From Bacteroidales bacterium (lineage in GTDB: Bacteria > Bacteroidota > Bacteroidia > Bacteroidales > FEN-979): a stretch of 64,000 nt of DNA. Of the stretch, positions 7,885 through 15,494 are shown one piece after another. The stretch is from NCBI GenBank assembly GCA_014860625.1, contig JACZJJ010000039.1, positions 871-64,870 on the forward strand, in the 5' to 3' direction. The translations under genes and the position numbers were made by a program. Position 1 is the first letter of the stretch. The number at the start of each line of letters is the position of its first letter. The notes under the pieces were generated by a model. It was not told where the DNA came from, searched no databases, and was given only the letters and a program-made list of their open reading frames with translations.

Positions 7885-10335
7885 TCACAATCTCTCTGTT
7901 TCGATGACTATTTTTCCCTCACCGGGGATGAAATTCCCGATCAGGCTCGCATGTTCCACCCCCGATTCTTTAAGGGCGGCAACCAGTGATCCTGCCTCTT
8001 TTGCCGGGACAGCAATCAGCAACCCTCCTGATGTTTGGGCATCACAGAGGATCATCTTTTCGATCTCCGATATTCGGGATCCCCATATAACAGCCGATTC
8101 TACATGTTGGAGATTGAACTTTGTCCCTCCCGGGATGATTCCTTGTGCCGCCATCTCCTCCACACCTTCAAGGAGAGGTATCCCTGATATGTCGATCTGA
8201 ACATTGACCATTTCACTGGTCACCATCTCCTTCAGATGGCCCAGCAATCCAAACCCAGTGACATCGGTGCAGGCATGCACGGTAAATCGCGTCATCAACT
8301 CAGCGGCTTTTCTGTTCAGCTCCACCATGCAGGTGATCAATTTCTCTTCGTATATCGGACGAAGCAAGCCACGTTTCATAGCCGTTGTGAGGATACCGGT
8401 TCCCAATGGTTTCGTCAGAATCAGAACATCCCCAGCCATTGCTCCCCGGTTTCTGATGATCCTGCCCGGATCCACCAACCCTGTAACGGACATGCCAAAC
8501 AACGGCTCGGTCAATTCAACGGTATGGCCGCCCAGTATCTGGATCCCTGCTTCTGCAGCTTTGTCAGATGCCCCTTTCAGAATCTCCTGCAACACCTCCA
8601 AAGGCAATCTTGTATCGGGAAAACCAACAATATTCAGTGCGTAAAGAGGTCTTCCTCCCATTGCGTAAATATCACTGATTGCATTGGCTGCTGCAATCAT
8701 ACCATAGGTATACGGATCGTCAACCACGGGAGGGATAACATCGACTGTCTGCACCAGAGCCTGTGATTCGTTCAGCTTATAAACTGCAGCATCATCGGAT
8801 GTTTCGTGCCCAACAAGAACATTTGGGTCTGTACCCCGTGGAAGCTTTTTCAGCACCTCTTCCAGCGTTTGGGGGTTGATCTTACAGGCACAGCCGAGGG
8901 CGTGGGTGTACTCGGTAAGGCGGATCGCCCCCCCTTTTACCCCTAAATCCCCTGAAGGGGACTTGCTCTGCTGCGCAGGTACCCCTAAATCCCCTGAAGG
9001 GGACTTGCTCTGCTGCGCAGGTACCCCTAAATCCCCTGAAGGGGACTTGCTCTGCTTCGCAGAATTATCCTCCCGAAGGGAGGAGGAAGCCCCCCTTAGG
9101 GGATTTAGGGGAAATGGAATTTCGTACTTCGTATTTCGTATTTCCTTATATGCTTTTACGATAATCGGTACTGCCTCCCTGATCTCCGCTTCCGTAGTCA
9201 TCCTGCCAACGGAGAAGCGGATGGTTCCCATGGCATATTCGGTTGGCACATGCATGGCTGCGAGAACTCCCGAAACACCCTCCTCTCCGGCATGGCAGGC
9301 TGCACCGGCTGATGCGGCTACTCCTTTCATTGCCAGCAACAGGGTATTGGCTTCCACACCAGGGAAACCAAGACTCAGTGTATTTGGAAGCCGAAGATCC
9401 GGGTGGCCATGAAGCAGAACTTCAGGAATCTCCTTGCTGATGCAGTTGTGAAGTAAGTCGCGAAGATTCGCGATACGGGATATGGGACTGGTGACTGGTG
9501 ACTGATGACTGGTAACTGGGAACTGATGACTGGTAACTGGGAACTGTGAACTGCGAACTGCAGACTGCCAACTGCCAACTAGTTCGGCTGCTTTTCCCAA
9601 CCCTACTATGCTGATCACATTCTCGGTTCCGGCACGGCGGTTTGCTTCATGATCGGCACCATGCATCAGCTTTGTCAGTTGCACCCCACGCCTGATGTAG
9701 AGAGCTCCTATTCCTTTGGGAGCGTATATTTTATGTCCGGCGACGGATAAGAGATCTATCCCAAGTTCATCCACTCGGACAGGGATCTTTCCTATGCTCT
9801 GAGCCGCATCGGAATGAAAAAGCACCCCCGATTCGCGGGCTATCGTGCTGATCTCAGAGATCGGCTGGATAGAGCCGGTTTCATTGTTTGCATGCATGAT
9901 TGAGATCAGGAGCGTTCCGGGACGGATAGCTGCATGGATCTCTTCCGGATCTACGATTCCAAAAGCATTGACGCCCACCCGCGTAACTTCAAAACCTTCA
10001 CTTTCCAGGTAATTGCATACCTCTGAAACTGCCGGATGTTCGATGGAGGAGGTAATGATATGGTTTCCCCGATCACGTCCGGCAAACATGACTCCCTTTA
10101 TGGCATAGTTGTTTGATTCCGTGCCTCCACCTGTAAAAACCACTTCAGCAGGGGAGCAGTGAATCATGGATGCAACCTGACTTCGGGCCTGAATCACTGC
10201 CTGAGCGGCAATCCTCCCAAATTCATGCATACTTGACGGATTCCCGAACATTCCCTCAAGGAAGGGCTTCATCGCCTCCGAAACCTTCGGATCCAACGGC
10301 GTTGTAGCGTTATAATCGAGGTAAATCGGATCCAT
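7885..10335 (-). CDS. selD: Fusion protein: NifS-like cysteine desulfurase / selenocysteine-lyase domain plus selenophosphate synthetase (SelD, Cys-type)
   Basis: The N-terminal half has class-V aminotransferase motifs (HANNETGSIQP, HSDAAQSIG, LSVAGHKIYAPKGIGALY with the PLP Lys, GAACHAG with the active Cys). The C-terminal half is SelD (IRLTEYTHALGCACKINP, DVTGFGLLGHL, GIQILGGHTV). It is one uninterrupted 816-codon frame. The SelD active-site codon is TGT (Cys), not TGA. Confidence 0.85.
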   Translation of the reverse strand: MDPIYLDYNATTPLDPKVSEAMKPFLEGMFGNPSSMHEFGRIAAQAVIQARSQVASMIHCSPAEVVFTGGGTESNNYAIKGVMFAGRDRGNHIITSSIEHPAVSEVCNYLESEGFEVTRVGVNAFGIVDPEEIHAAIRPGTLLISIMHANNETGSIQPISEISTIARESGVLFHSDAAQSIGKIPVRVDELGIDLLSVAGHKIYAPKGIGALYIRRGVQLTKLMHGADHEANRRAGTENVISIVGLGKAAELVGSWQSAVRSSQFPVTSHQFPVTSHQSPVTSPISRIANLRDLLHNCISKEIPEVLLHGHPDLRLPNTLSLGFPGVEANTLLLAMKGVAASAGAACHAGEEGVSGVLAAMHVPTEYAMGTIRFSVGRMTTEAEIREAVPIIVKAYKEIRNTKYEIPFPLNPLRGASSSLREDNSAKQSKSPSGDLGVPAQQSKSPSGDLGVPAQQSKSPSGDLGVKGGAIRLTEYTHALGCACKINPQTLEEVLKKLPRGTDPNVLVGHETSDDAAVYKLNESQALVQTVDVIPPVVDDPYTYGMIAAANAISDIYAMGGRPLYALNIVGFPDTRLPLEVLQEILKGASDKAAEAGIQILGGHTVELTEPLFGMSVTGLVDPGRIIRNRGAMAGDVLILTKPLGTGILTTAMKRGLLRPIYEEKLITCMVELNRKAAELMTRFTVHACTDVTGFGLLGHLKEMVTSEMVNVQIDISGIPLLEGVEEMAAQGIIPGGTKFNLQHVESAVIWGSRISEIEKMILCDAQTSGGLLIAVPAKEAGSLVAALKESGVEHASLIGNFIPGEGKIVIETERL
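8939..9064. repeat. 3 x 42-nt perfect/near-perfect tandem repeat inside the nifS-selD linker
   Basis: acccctaaatcccctgaaggggacttgctctgctgcgcaggt occurs three times (8939-8980, 8981-9022, 9023-9064; the last copy diverges at its end). On the minus strand it translates to (A)QQSKSPSGDLGVP x3. Confidence 0.95.
9069..9145. repeat. Composite repeat: small hairpin, inverted copy of the cccctaaatcccct module, then a 7-nt array
   Basis: cctcccgaagggagg (9069-9083). ccccccttaggggatttagggg (9090-9111) is the inverse of the unit core at 8940-8960. ttcgtac ttcgtat ttcgtat (9119-9145) has the same unit family as 49174-49240. Confidence 0.8.
9484..9580. repeat. Phased 7-nt degenerate array (about 14 units, NNNACTG) inside the NifS-like domain coding region
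   Basis: gggactg gtgactg gtgactg atgactg gtaactg ggaactg atgactg gtaactg ggaactg tgaactg cgaactg cagactg ccaactg ccaact. It is read in frame as QFPVTSH QFPVTSH QSPVTS. Confidence 0.9.
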
Positions 10336-11365
10336 TTTTTAATGTCTTACGCGCAAATTCAGCAAGTCCGATAGCAATCTCCCTGGCATCAAACACATTC
10401 ACCGGAAAGGTATACCGTTTTTGGTTCTCGCGTCGATGTATAGAGAATGAGTATGTTTCGTCGTAATAGGAGAGTACCTGGTTGGCAACGGCTGCATAAT
10501 CCTTTTCCCTGATGGAAACTAAAGCTCCCTGAGCCCTCTGCTTACCTAAACGGGTTTCAATCTTCATCACCGCTTCACACAACAATTGATCATTGATGCC
10601 GGCATATTCACCTACCAGTCTCTCAACACGAACCTCTTTCGGTACCTCAAGGATGACCAGGGGAGCCCCGTGAATCTTTCGGATTACAGGATCTGGCATT
10701 GTGACCCGTCCAATCATCCTGCTTTCATCTTCCATCCAGATAAACTGTTCTTTATCCAGTTGTTGCCAGATACTGAACAGATTATTCTCAAATTGTTCAT
10801 TGGTGGGCTGATCAGGTAACCCAATGCCACCAAAAGCGGAGCCTTTATGGGATGCAAGGGCCTCCAGGTCAATCACCTGCTCGCCGATCTCTTCCAGCTT
10901 ATTCAGCACCTCTGTTTTTCCACTCCCGGTAAAGCCACCAACAATCACTACATTCGCCGGTTCATCAAAGGAGGCCCGGATGAATTTTCGATATGCCTTA
11001 TAGCCTCCGGTAAGAAGTGTTGTGCGATATCCGTTTGTTTCGAACATCCATGCCATGTTCAAGCTGCGCATCCCTCCGCGCCAGCAGTAGATGTATAAAT
11101 TTCTCCCGTGAGTCTTTTTGCTGATATCCCGAAGTATCCTGCCCGTTTTTGGAAGGATGATATCCAGCCCCCGGATGATGGCGTGATCGCGGCCCGACTG
11201 CACGTATAAAGTACCCACTTCTGCCCTTTCTTCATCCGAAAAGATCGGGATATTGATGGCGCCAGGGATATGACCCTGCTGGAACTCGGCCGGAGAACGC
11301 ACATCCACAATCGTTTCAGATTCACTTGCTGCGAGAAAAGTTGTTGCATCCAGGTAAACAGGCAT
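10310..11365 (-). CDS. selU: tRNA 2-selenouridine synthase (SelU / YbbB / MnmH)
   Basis: Rhodanese domain with the active-site loop YCWRGGMRS, then the P-loop GGFTGSGKTE. The ATG at 11365 (MPVYLDATTF) lies behind a -7 box. The 3' end overlaps the nifS-selD start by 26 nt. Confidence 0.85.
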   Translation of the reverse strand: MPVYLDATTFLAASESETIVDVRSPAEFQQGHIPGAINIPIFSDEERAEVGTLYVQSGRDHAIIRGLDIILPKTGRILRDISKKTHGRNLYIYCWRGGMRSLNMAWMFETNGYRTTLLTGGYKAYRKFIRASFDEPANVVIVGGFTGSGKTEVLNKLEEIGEQVIDLEALASHKGSAFGGIGLPDQPTNEQFENNLFSIWQQLDKEQFIWMEDESRMIGRVTMPDPVIRKIHGAPLVILEVPKEVRVERLVGEYAGINDQLLCEAVMKIETRLGKQRAQGALVSIREKDYAAVANQVLSYYDETYSFSIHRRENQKRYTFPVNVFDAREIAIGLAEFARKTLKNGSDLPRL

Positions 11366-11389
11366 AATTGGAGATGTGGGAAACCAGCA

Positions 11390-11397
11390 CAAATGTA
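11390..11397 (-). promoter_or_regulatory. -7 box (TACATTTG on the minus strand) for the selU operon
   Basis: Plus-strand caaatgta, 24 nt upstream of the selU ATG. It sits back-to-back with the purF box. Confidence 0.5.
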
Positions 11398-11407
11398 CAG
11401 TATTTTA

Positions 11408-11415
11408 TATCTTTG
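11408..11415 (+). promoter_or_regulatory. -7 box (TATCTTTG) for purF
   Basis: It lies 22 nt upstream of the ATG at 11438. Confidence 0.5.
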
Positions 11416-11437
11416 CACTTCAATTGATCCTGAGAAG

Positions 11438-13339
11438 ATGAGTGATTTTATCCATCACGAATGTGGCATTGCATTGGTCAGGTTGCGTAAACCGCCTGAA
11501 TATTACCTTGCCAGGTACGGCACTTCGTTTTACGGGCTGAACAAGCTGCACCTGTTGATGCAGAAGCAGCACAACCGCGGGCAGGATGGTGCCGGTGTGG
11601 CTGCCATCAAGTTTGATGTTGATCCCGGCCACCGGTATATCAACAGGATCCGGTCCAACTCATCAACACCCATCAAAGATATTTTCTCCCGTATTGGGAA
11701 TGCCGTGAAGGAAATTGAAGAGAAGCACCCTCAACGGCTTCACGATCCCGATTGGTTGAAACACCATCTGGAAATGTACGGGGAACTCCTGATGGGGCAT
11801 CTCAGGTATGGAACATTCGGCCAGAATACGTCAGACAGCCTTCATCCATTTATCCGTGAGAATAACTGGAAGACCAAAAATCTGGTGCTTGCAGGAAATT
11901 TCAACCTTACCAACGTCGATGAACTTTTCCAAAAGCTGATTGCCTATGGGCAATGTCCGGTGGAGACCTCCGATACCATCACGATCATGGAGAAGATCGG
12001 CCATTTTCTGGACGAGGAGAATGAGAAGCAGTACCAGAAGTTTAAAAAGGAGGGTTTCGAGAAGCACCAGATCTCCAGCCTGATTGCACGGGATCTTGAT
12101 GTCAGGGAAATTCTTATGAATGCCTCCGAAAATTGGGACGGAGGGTATGTGATCACCGGGATGTTTGGTCATGGCGATGCCTTCGTGATGAGAGACCCAA
12201 ACGGCATCAGGCCGGCCTTCTATTATGCCGATGATGAAGTAGTGGTTGCAGCTTCTGAGCGGCCTGCCATCCAAACAGCGTTCAATGTCAGCAGTGATCA
12301 GGTGAAGGAGCTTACACCCGGACATGCCCTGATCATAAAACGTGATGGAAAATTTGAAGAAGCACAGTATAAAACTCCCGGTCCTAAGTTCTCCTGTTCT
12401 TTTGAACGGATCTATTTTTCCAGGGGTACCGACAAGGATATCTACCTGGAGCGTAAGAAACTTGGAAAATTTCTCACCCCTGCTATTCTGAAAGCAGTGG
12501 ATTACGATATTGAGAATACTGTTTTTACATATATCCCAAATACGGCCATCGATGCCTACTTTGGATTGGTCAAGGAGTTGGATCTCTTTTGCGATGGCAT
12601 CAAACGTGACCGGTTACTGAATATAAAAGAGAGCTGTACTCCGGCACAGGTTGAAGAGATCCTGAAATTAAAACCGCGTGCCGAAAAAGTGGCTGTCAAG
12701 GATATGAAGCTGCGAACCTTCATCACTCAGGACAGCCAACGCGACGACCTTGCAGCTCACGTCTACGATATCACTTATGGAAGTATCAATGCCGGAAGTG
12801 ACAACCTGGTTGTTCTCGACGACTCAATCGTAAGAGGCACTACCCTTAAACAGAGCATTTTACGCATACTTGACCGCTTGGGCCCAAAAAAGATCATCAT
12901 TGCCTCTTCAGCTCCTCAGATTCGTTACCCCGATTGCTACGGGATCGACATGGCCAAGCTGACGGATTTTATTGCATTCAAAGCGACCATCGCACTGCTC
13001 AAGGAGACGCATCAGGAACACATCATCAATGATGTCTACAAACGGTGCAAAGAGCAGGAATTGCTTCCAAAGGAGGAGATTGTCAACTTCGTCAAAGATA
13101 TCTACAAGCCATTTTCGGCCGCCCGAATATCTGATAAAATCTCTGAGTTGCTTACTCCTCCAAACTGCCACGCCCAGGTTGAGATTATCTACCAAACGAT
13201 TGAAGACCTTCATGATGCCTGTCCGGATCATACCGGCGACTGGTACTTTACAGGGAACTACCCAACTCCTGGGGGGAATAAAGTAGTCAACAAATCTTTT
13301 CTAAATTACATTGAAGGAAAAAACGTAAGGGCTTATTAG
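11438..13339 (+). CDS. purF: Amidophosphoribosyltransferase (long Bacteroidota type)
   Basis: MSDFIHHECGIALV (Ntn Cys nucleophile after a short propeptide), NRGQDGAGVA, and the PRTase motif VVLDDSIVRGTT. The upstream part of ORF 11270 overlaps selU and was trimmed. Confidence 0.9.
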   Translation: MSDFIHHECGIALVRLRKPPEYYLARYGTSFYGLNKLHLLMQKQHNRGQDGAGVAAIKFDVDPGHRYINRIRSNSSTPIKDIFSRIGNAVKEIEEKHPQRLHDPDWLKHHLEMYGELLMGHLRYGTFGQNTSDSLHPFIRENNWKTKNLVLAGNFNLTNVDELFQKLIAYGQCPVETSDTITIMEKIGHFLDEENEKQYQKFKKEGFEKHQISSLIARDLDVREILMNASENWDGGYVITGMFGHGDAFVMRDPNGIRPAFYYADDEVVVAASERPAIQTAFNVSSDQVKELTPGHALIIKRDGKFEEAQYKTPGPKFSCSFERIYFSRGTDKDIYLERKKLGKFLTPAILKAVDYDIENTVFTYIPNTAIDAYFGLVKELDLFCDGIKRDRLLNIKESCTPAQVEEILKLKPRAEKVAVKDMKLRTFITQDSQRDDLAAHVYDITYGSINAGSDNLVVLDDSIVRGTTLKQSILRILDRLGPKKIIIASSAPQIRYPDCYGIDMAKLTDFIAFKATIALLKETHQEHIINDVYKRCKEQELLPKEEIVNFVKDIYKPFSAARISDKISELLTPPNCHAQVEIIYQTIEDLHDACPDHTGDWYFTGNYPTPGGNKVVNKSFLNYIEGKNVRAY

Positions 13340-13366
13340 GGATTAGGGATCAGCAATCAGGGATAG
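13336..13366. repeat. Phased 7-nt array (about 4.5 units, TTAGGGA/TCAGGGA family)
   Basis: ttaggga ttaggga tcagcaa tcaggga tag. The purF stop TAG is inside the first unit. The array fills the convergent spacer between purF and HIT. It is the same family as 34295-34346. Confidence 0.8.
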
Positions 13367-13378
13367 TATCGGGTTGTT

Positions 13379-13786
13379 TTATGCGTTTTGATCCCGGTAC
13401 GCTTTGGAAATCCGTTCCGTGATCTTGCTTAACTCCTCCTGAGAGAATTTCAGTTTTGGCTTCTTAAAATCAATGTCATAGATGGTTTGCAGCGGAACCA
13501 GATGAATATGCGCATGAGGGACCTCAAGCCCGATGACTGCTATACCAATACGTTTGCATGGGATTACCGTTCCCATTGCCAGAGCCACCTTTTTTGAAAA
13601 GGTAAAAAGATCCGCCAGAGTGTTGTCAGGGATGGCAAAAATATAATCCATCTCCTCTTTGGGAATAACCAGTGTGTGGCCTTTGGCGATGGGATTGATA
13701 TCAAGGAAAGCAAGAAAACGATCATCCTCTGCCACCTTGAAAGATGGAATCTCCCCAGCTACTATGCGAGAAAAAAGGCTTCCCAT
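13379..13786 (-). CDS. HIT (histidine triad) family protein
   Basis: HAHIHLVP histidine-triad motif. The ATG at 13786 (MGSLFSRIVAGEIP) is 2 nt after the greA stop. The listed start at 13795 is a TTG. Confidence 0.85.
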   Translation of the reverse strand: MGSLFSRIVAGEIPSFKVAEDDRFLAFLDINPIAKGHTLVIPKEEMDYIFAIPDNTLADLFTFSKKVALAMGTVIPCKRIGIAVIGLEVPHAHIHLVPLQTIYDIDFKKPKLKFSQEELSKITERISKAYRDQNA

Positions 13787-13788
13787 GA

Positions 13789-14271
13789 TTAACAATTTTT
13801 CCGGGAGATCTCGAGAATCTCAAATGAGATCATTCCGGCAGGTATTTCTATATCAACTTTTTCTCCAATGATTTTGCCCAGGATCCCCTTGGCGATGGGT
13901 GAATTTACTGAAATTTTACACTCTTTGACGTTTGCTTCGTTTTCAGGTACCAGCGTATAGCAAACATTGGCACCGCTTTTCAGATTTTTCAGCCTGACCG
14001 TAGAAAAGATCAGGACTTTCGAATTATCGAGTTTCGTTTCATCAATCAAACGGGCACCACTAATCGTATCCTGGAGCTTTGAGATTCTTAACTCAAGCAT
14101 CGATTGTGCTTCTTTTGCAGCTGTATACTCTGCATTTTCAGACAAATCGCCTTTGTCCCTGGCTTCGGCTATCTGTTTTGAAATCCCTGGTCTCTCCACA
14201 GCAGTCATTTGATGGAGTTCATCCTTCAGTTTTTGTAATCCCTCCGGAGTAAAATAGTTAATTTCTGACAT
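13789..14271 (-). CDS. greA: Transcription elongation factor GreA
   Basis: MSEINYFTPEGLQKLKDEL...AEARDKGDLSENAEYTAAKEAQ is the GreA N-terminal coiled coil, followed by the C-terminal FKBP-like domain. ATG at 14271. Confidence 0.9.
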   Translation of the reverse strand: MSEINYFTPEGLQKLKDELHQMTAVERPGISKQIAEARDKGDLSENAEYTAAKEAQSMLELRISKLQDTISGARLIDETKLDNSKVLIFSTVRLKNLKSGANVCYTLVPENEANVKECKISVNSPIAKGILGKIIGEKVDIEIPAGMISFEILEISRKNC

Positions 14272-14303
14272 GGTTCCCAGTTTATCTTGCAATGATAATA
14301 AGG

Positions 14304-14332
14304 AAAAAGACCCTTTTACAAGGGTCCTTTTT
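14304..14332 (-). terminator. Rho-independent terminator after the PorV-like gene
   Basis: 7-bp stem gaccctt/aagggtc (14309-14315 / 14320-14326) with a 4-nt loop, flanked by T/A runs on both sides. Confidence 0.6.
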
Positions 14333-14374
14333 CTCTATGTAAAGTTAGGTTAAAAAACCTAAACTACAGCAATA

Positions 14375-15451
14375 TTAAAAATTAAGTGTTATTCCTACGT
14401 TATGAACGCCTCCAAAAGGGTTTGTTGACCGGTAGGAGTAGTCGATACCTATTCCAGTCTCCTTCTCTTTGTTGAAAGGCACTGACACGGTAAATCCGGC
14501 AGAAATACCAGTAAATACAGTGCCTCTGTCAGCGACATTGGTCTCAAAGATACCTTGCTGGTATGTATAAGCAGCCCTTAGAGAGAGATAATATTTGAGT
14601 GCATACTCGAGACCGAGGATAAACTGGTCCTTTGTGAATGAGTTGGAATTAAAGTTTCCGGCAAGTGTAATACGGTTCATTTCACCAATCAGGAAATCAT
14701 ATGAAGCACCAATTCTCAATGTAGCAGGCAATTCAAACTTCTCAGCCCGCTGTGATACGGTAAACAAGTCGTTGTCATTACCATGTCCCGGGATGATTCC
14801 GCGGAAAGAGAGTCCGTCACCAGAAAACCTCATGGGAGTACCTACATTTTTCAGAGCCACACCGAATTTGATCTGATCACGCTCGCCCGTCACATACTGA
14901 ACCCCTGCATCGATGGCAATTCCCAATGCACTGGCATCGGAGATAGACTCGGAGATAATCTTAAAGTTGATCCCACCATAAATGCTGTTTGAGAATGCTT
15001 TTGCATAACCAATGTTGATGTTCATGTAAGCTGGTTTGAAGGTTCCCACACCACCTTCGGGAGAGTTTGTAGTAGTAATTTCAATCTCACCGAAGTTCAT
15101 CGACATTACGGCAGCCGTAAGGACTCCTTTATTTTCCCCCAGTTTCTGGCTCAATCCGAATGAATAAATATTAATTCCGGATCCCTGTAACCAGTTTGTG
15201 TATGAAAATATGATCTCCGTCCCTGAGGTAAAAGCAGTACCGGCAATGTTGGTGAAAAGAGCTTCAAGTCCGTGCGTACAAGCGGTTCCAACGCCGCCCC
15301 AACCGGAACTCTTAGCCCAGGGGTTAATGAGCAACTCAGAAGCCCCTGCCTGGCCTGAACGGTCTTTGTTCCCGGCTGTAACCTGACTGGCAGGATACAC
15401 AATTAAAACTACCAGGAATAAAGCCAGTAAAATGCTATATATGTTCTTCAT
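14375..15451 (-). CDS. PorV/PorQ-family outer-membrane beta-barrel (T9SS-associated)
   Basis: Signal peptide, then GASELLINPWAKSSGWGGVGTA...ALFTNIAG, which resembles the PorV/LptO N-terminal signature (aaeLLip.gAra.gmGGa...NPAG). It has alternating beta-strand character to a C-terminal ...GITLNF. ATG at 15451. Confidence 0.65.
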   Translation of the reverse strand: MKNIYSILLALFLVVLIVYPASQVTAGNKDRSGQAGASELLINPWAKSSGWGGVGTACTHGLEALFTNIAGTAFTSGTEIIFSYTNWLQGSGINIYSFGLSQKLGENKGVLTAAVMSMNFGEIEITTTNSPEGGVGTFKPAYMNINIGYAKAFSNSIYGGINFKIISESISDASALGIAIDAGVQYVTGERDQIKFGVALKNVGTPMRFSGDGLSFRGIIPGHGNDNDLFTVSQRAEKFELPATLRIGASYDFLIGEMNRITLAGNFNSNSFTKDQFILGLEYALKYYLSLRAAYTYQQGIFETNVADRGTVFTGISAGFTVSVPFNKEKETGIGIDYSYRSTNPFGGVHNVGITLNF

Positions 15452-15494
15452 AGTGATGTATTTTTGTTGTTGAAACATGTTATAATCATTTACA

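Noticed and set aside
8939-9064. The 3 x 42-nt direct repeats could be a CRISPR array.
   Set aside because: The units are directly adjacent with no spacers. There are only three of them, they lie in frame inside a long CDS, and no cas genes are in the window.
7885-10335. Selenocysteine (UGA) recoding in SelD or the NifS-like domain.
   Set aside because: The SelD active-site residue is encoded by TGT (GCACK). The 816-codon frame has no internal TGA.
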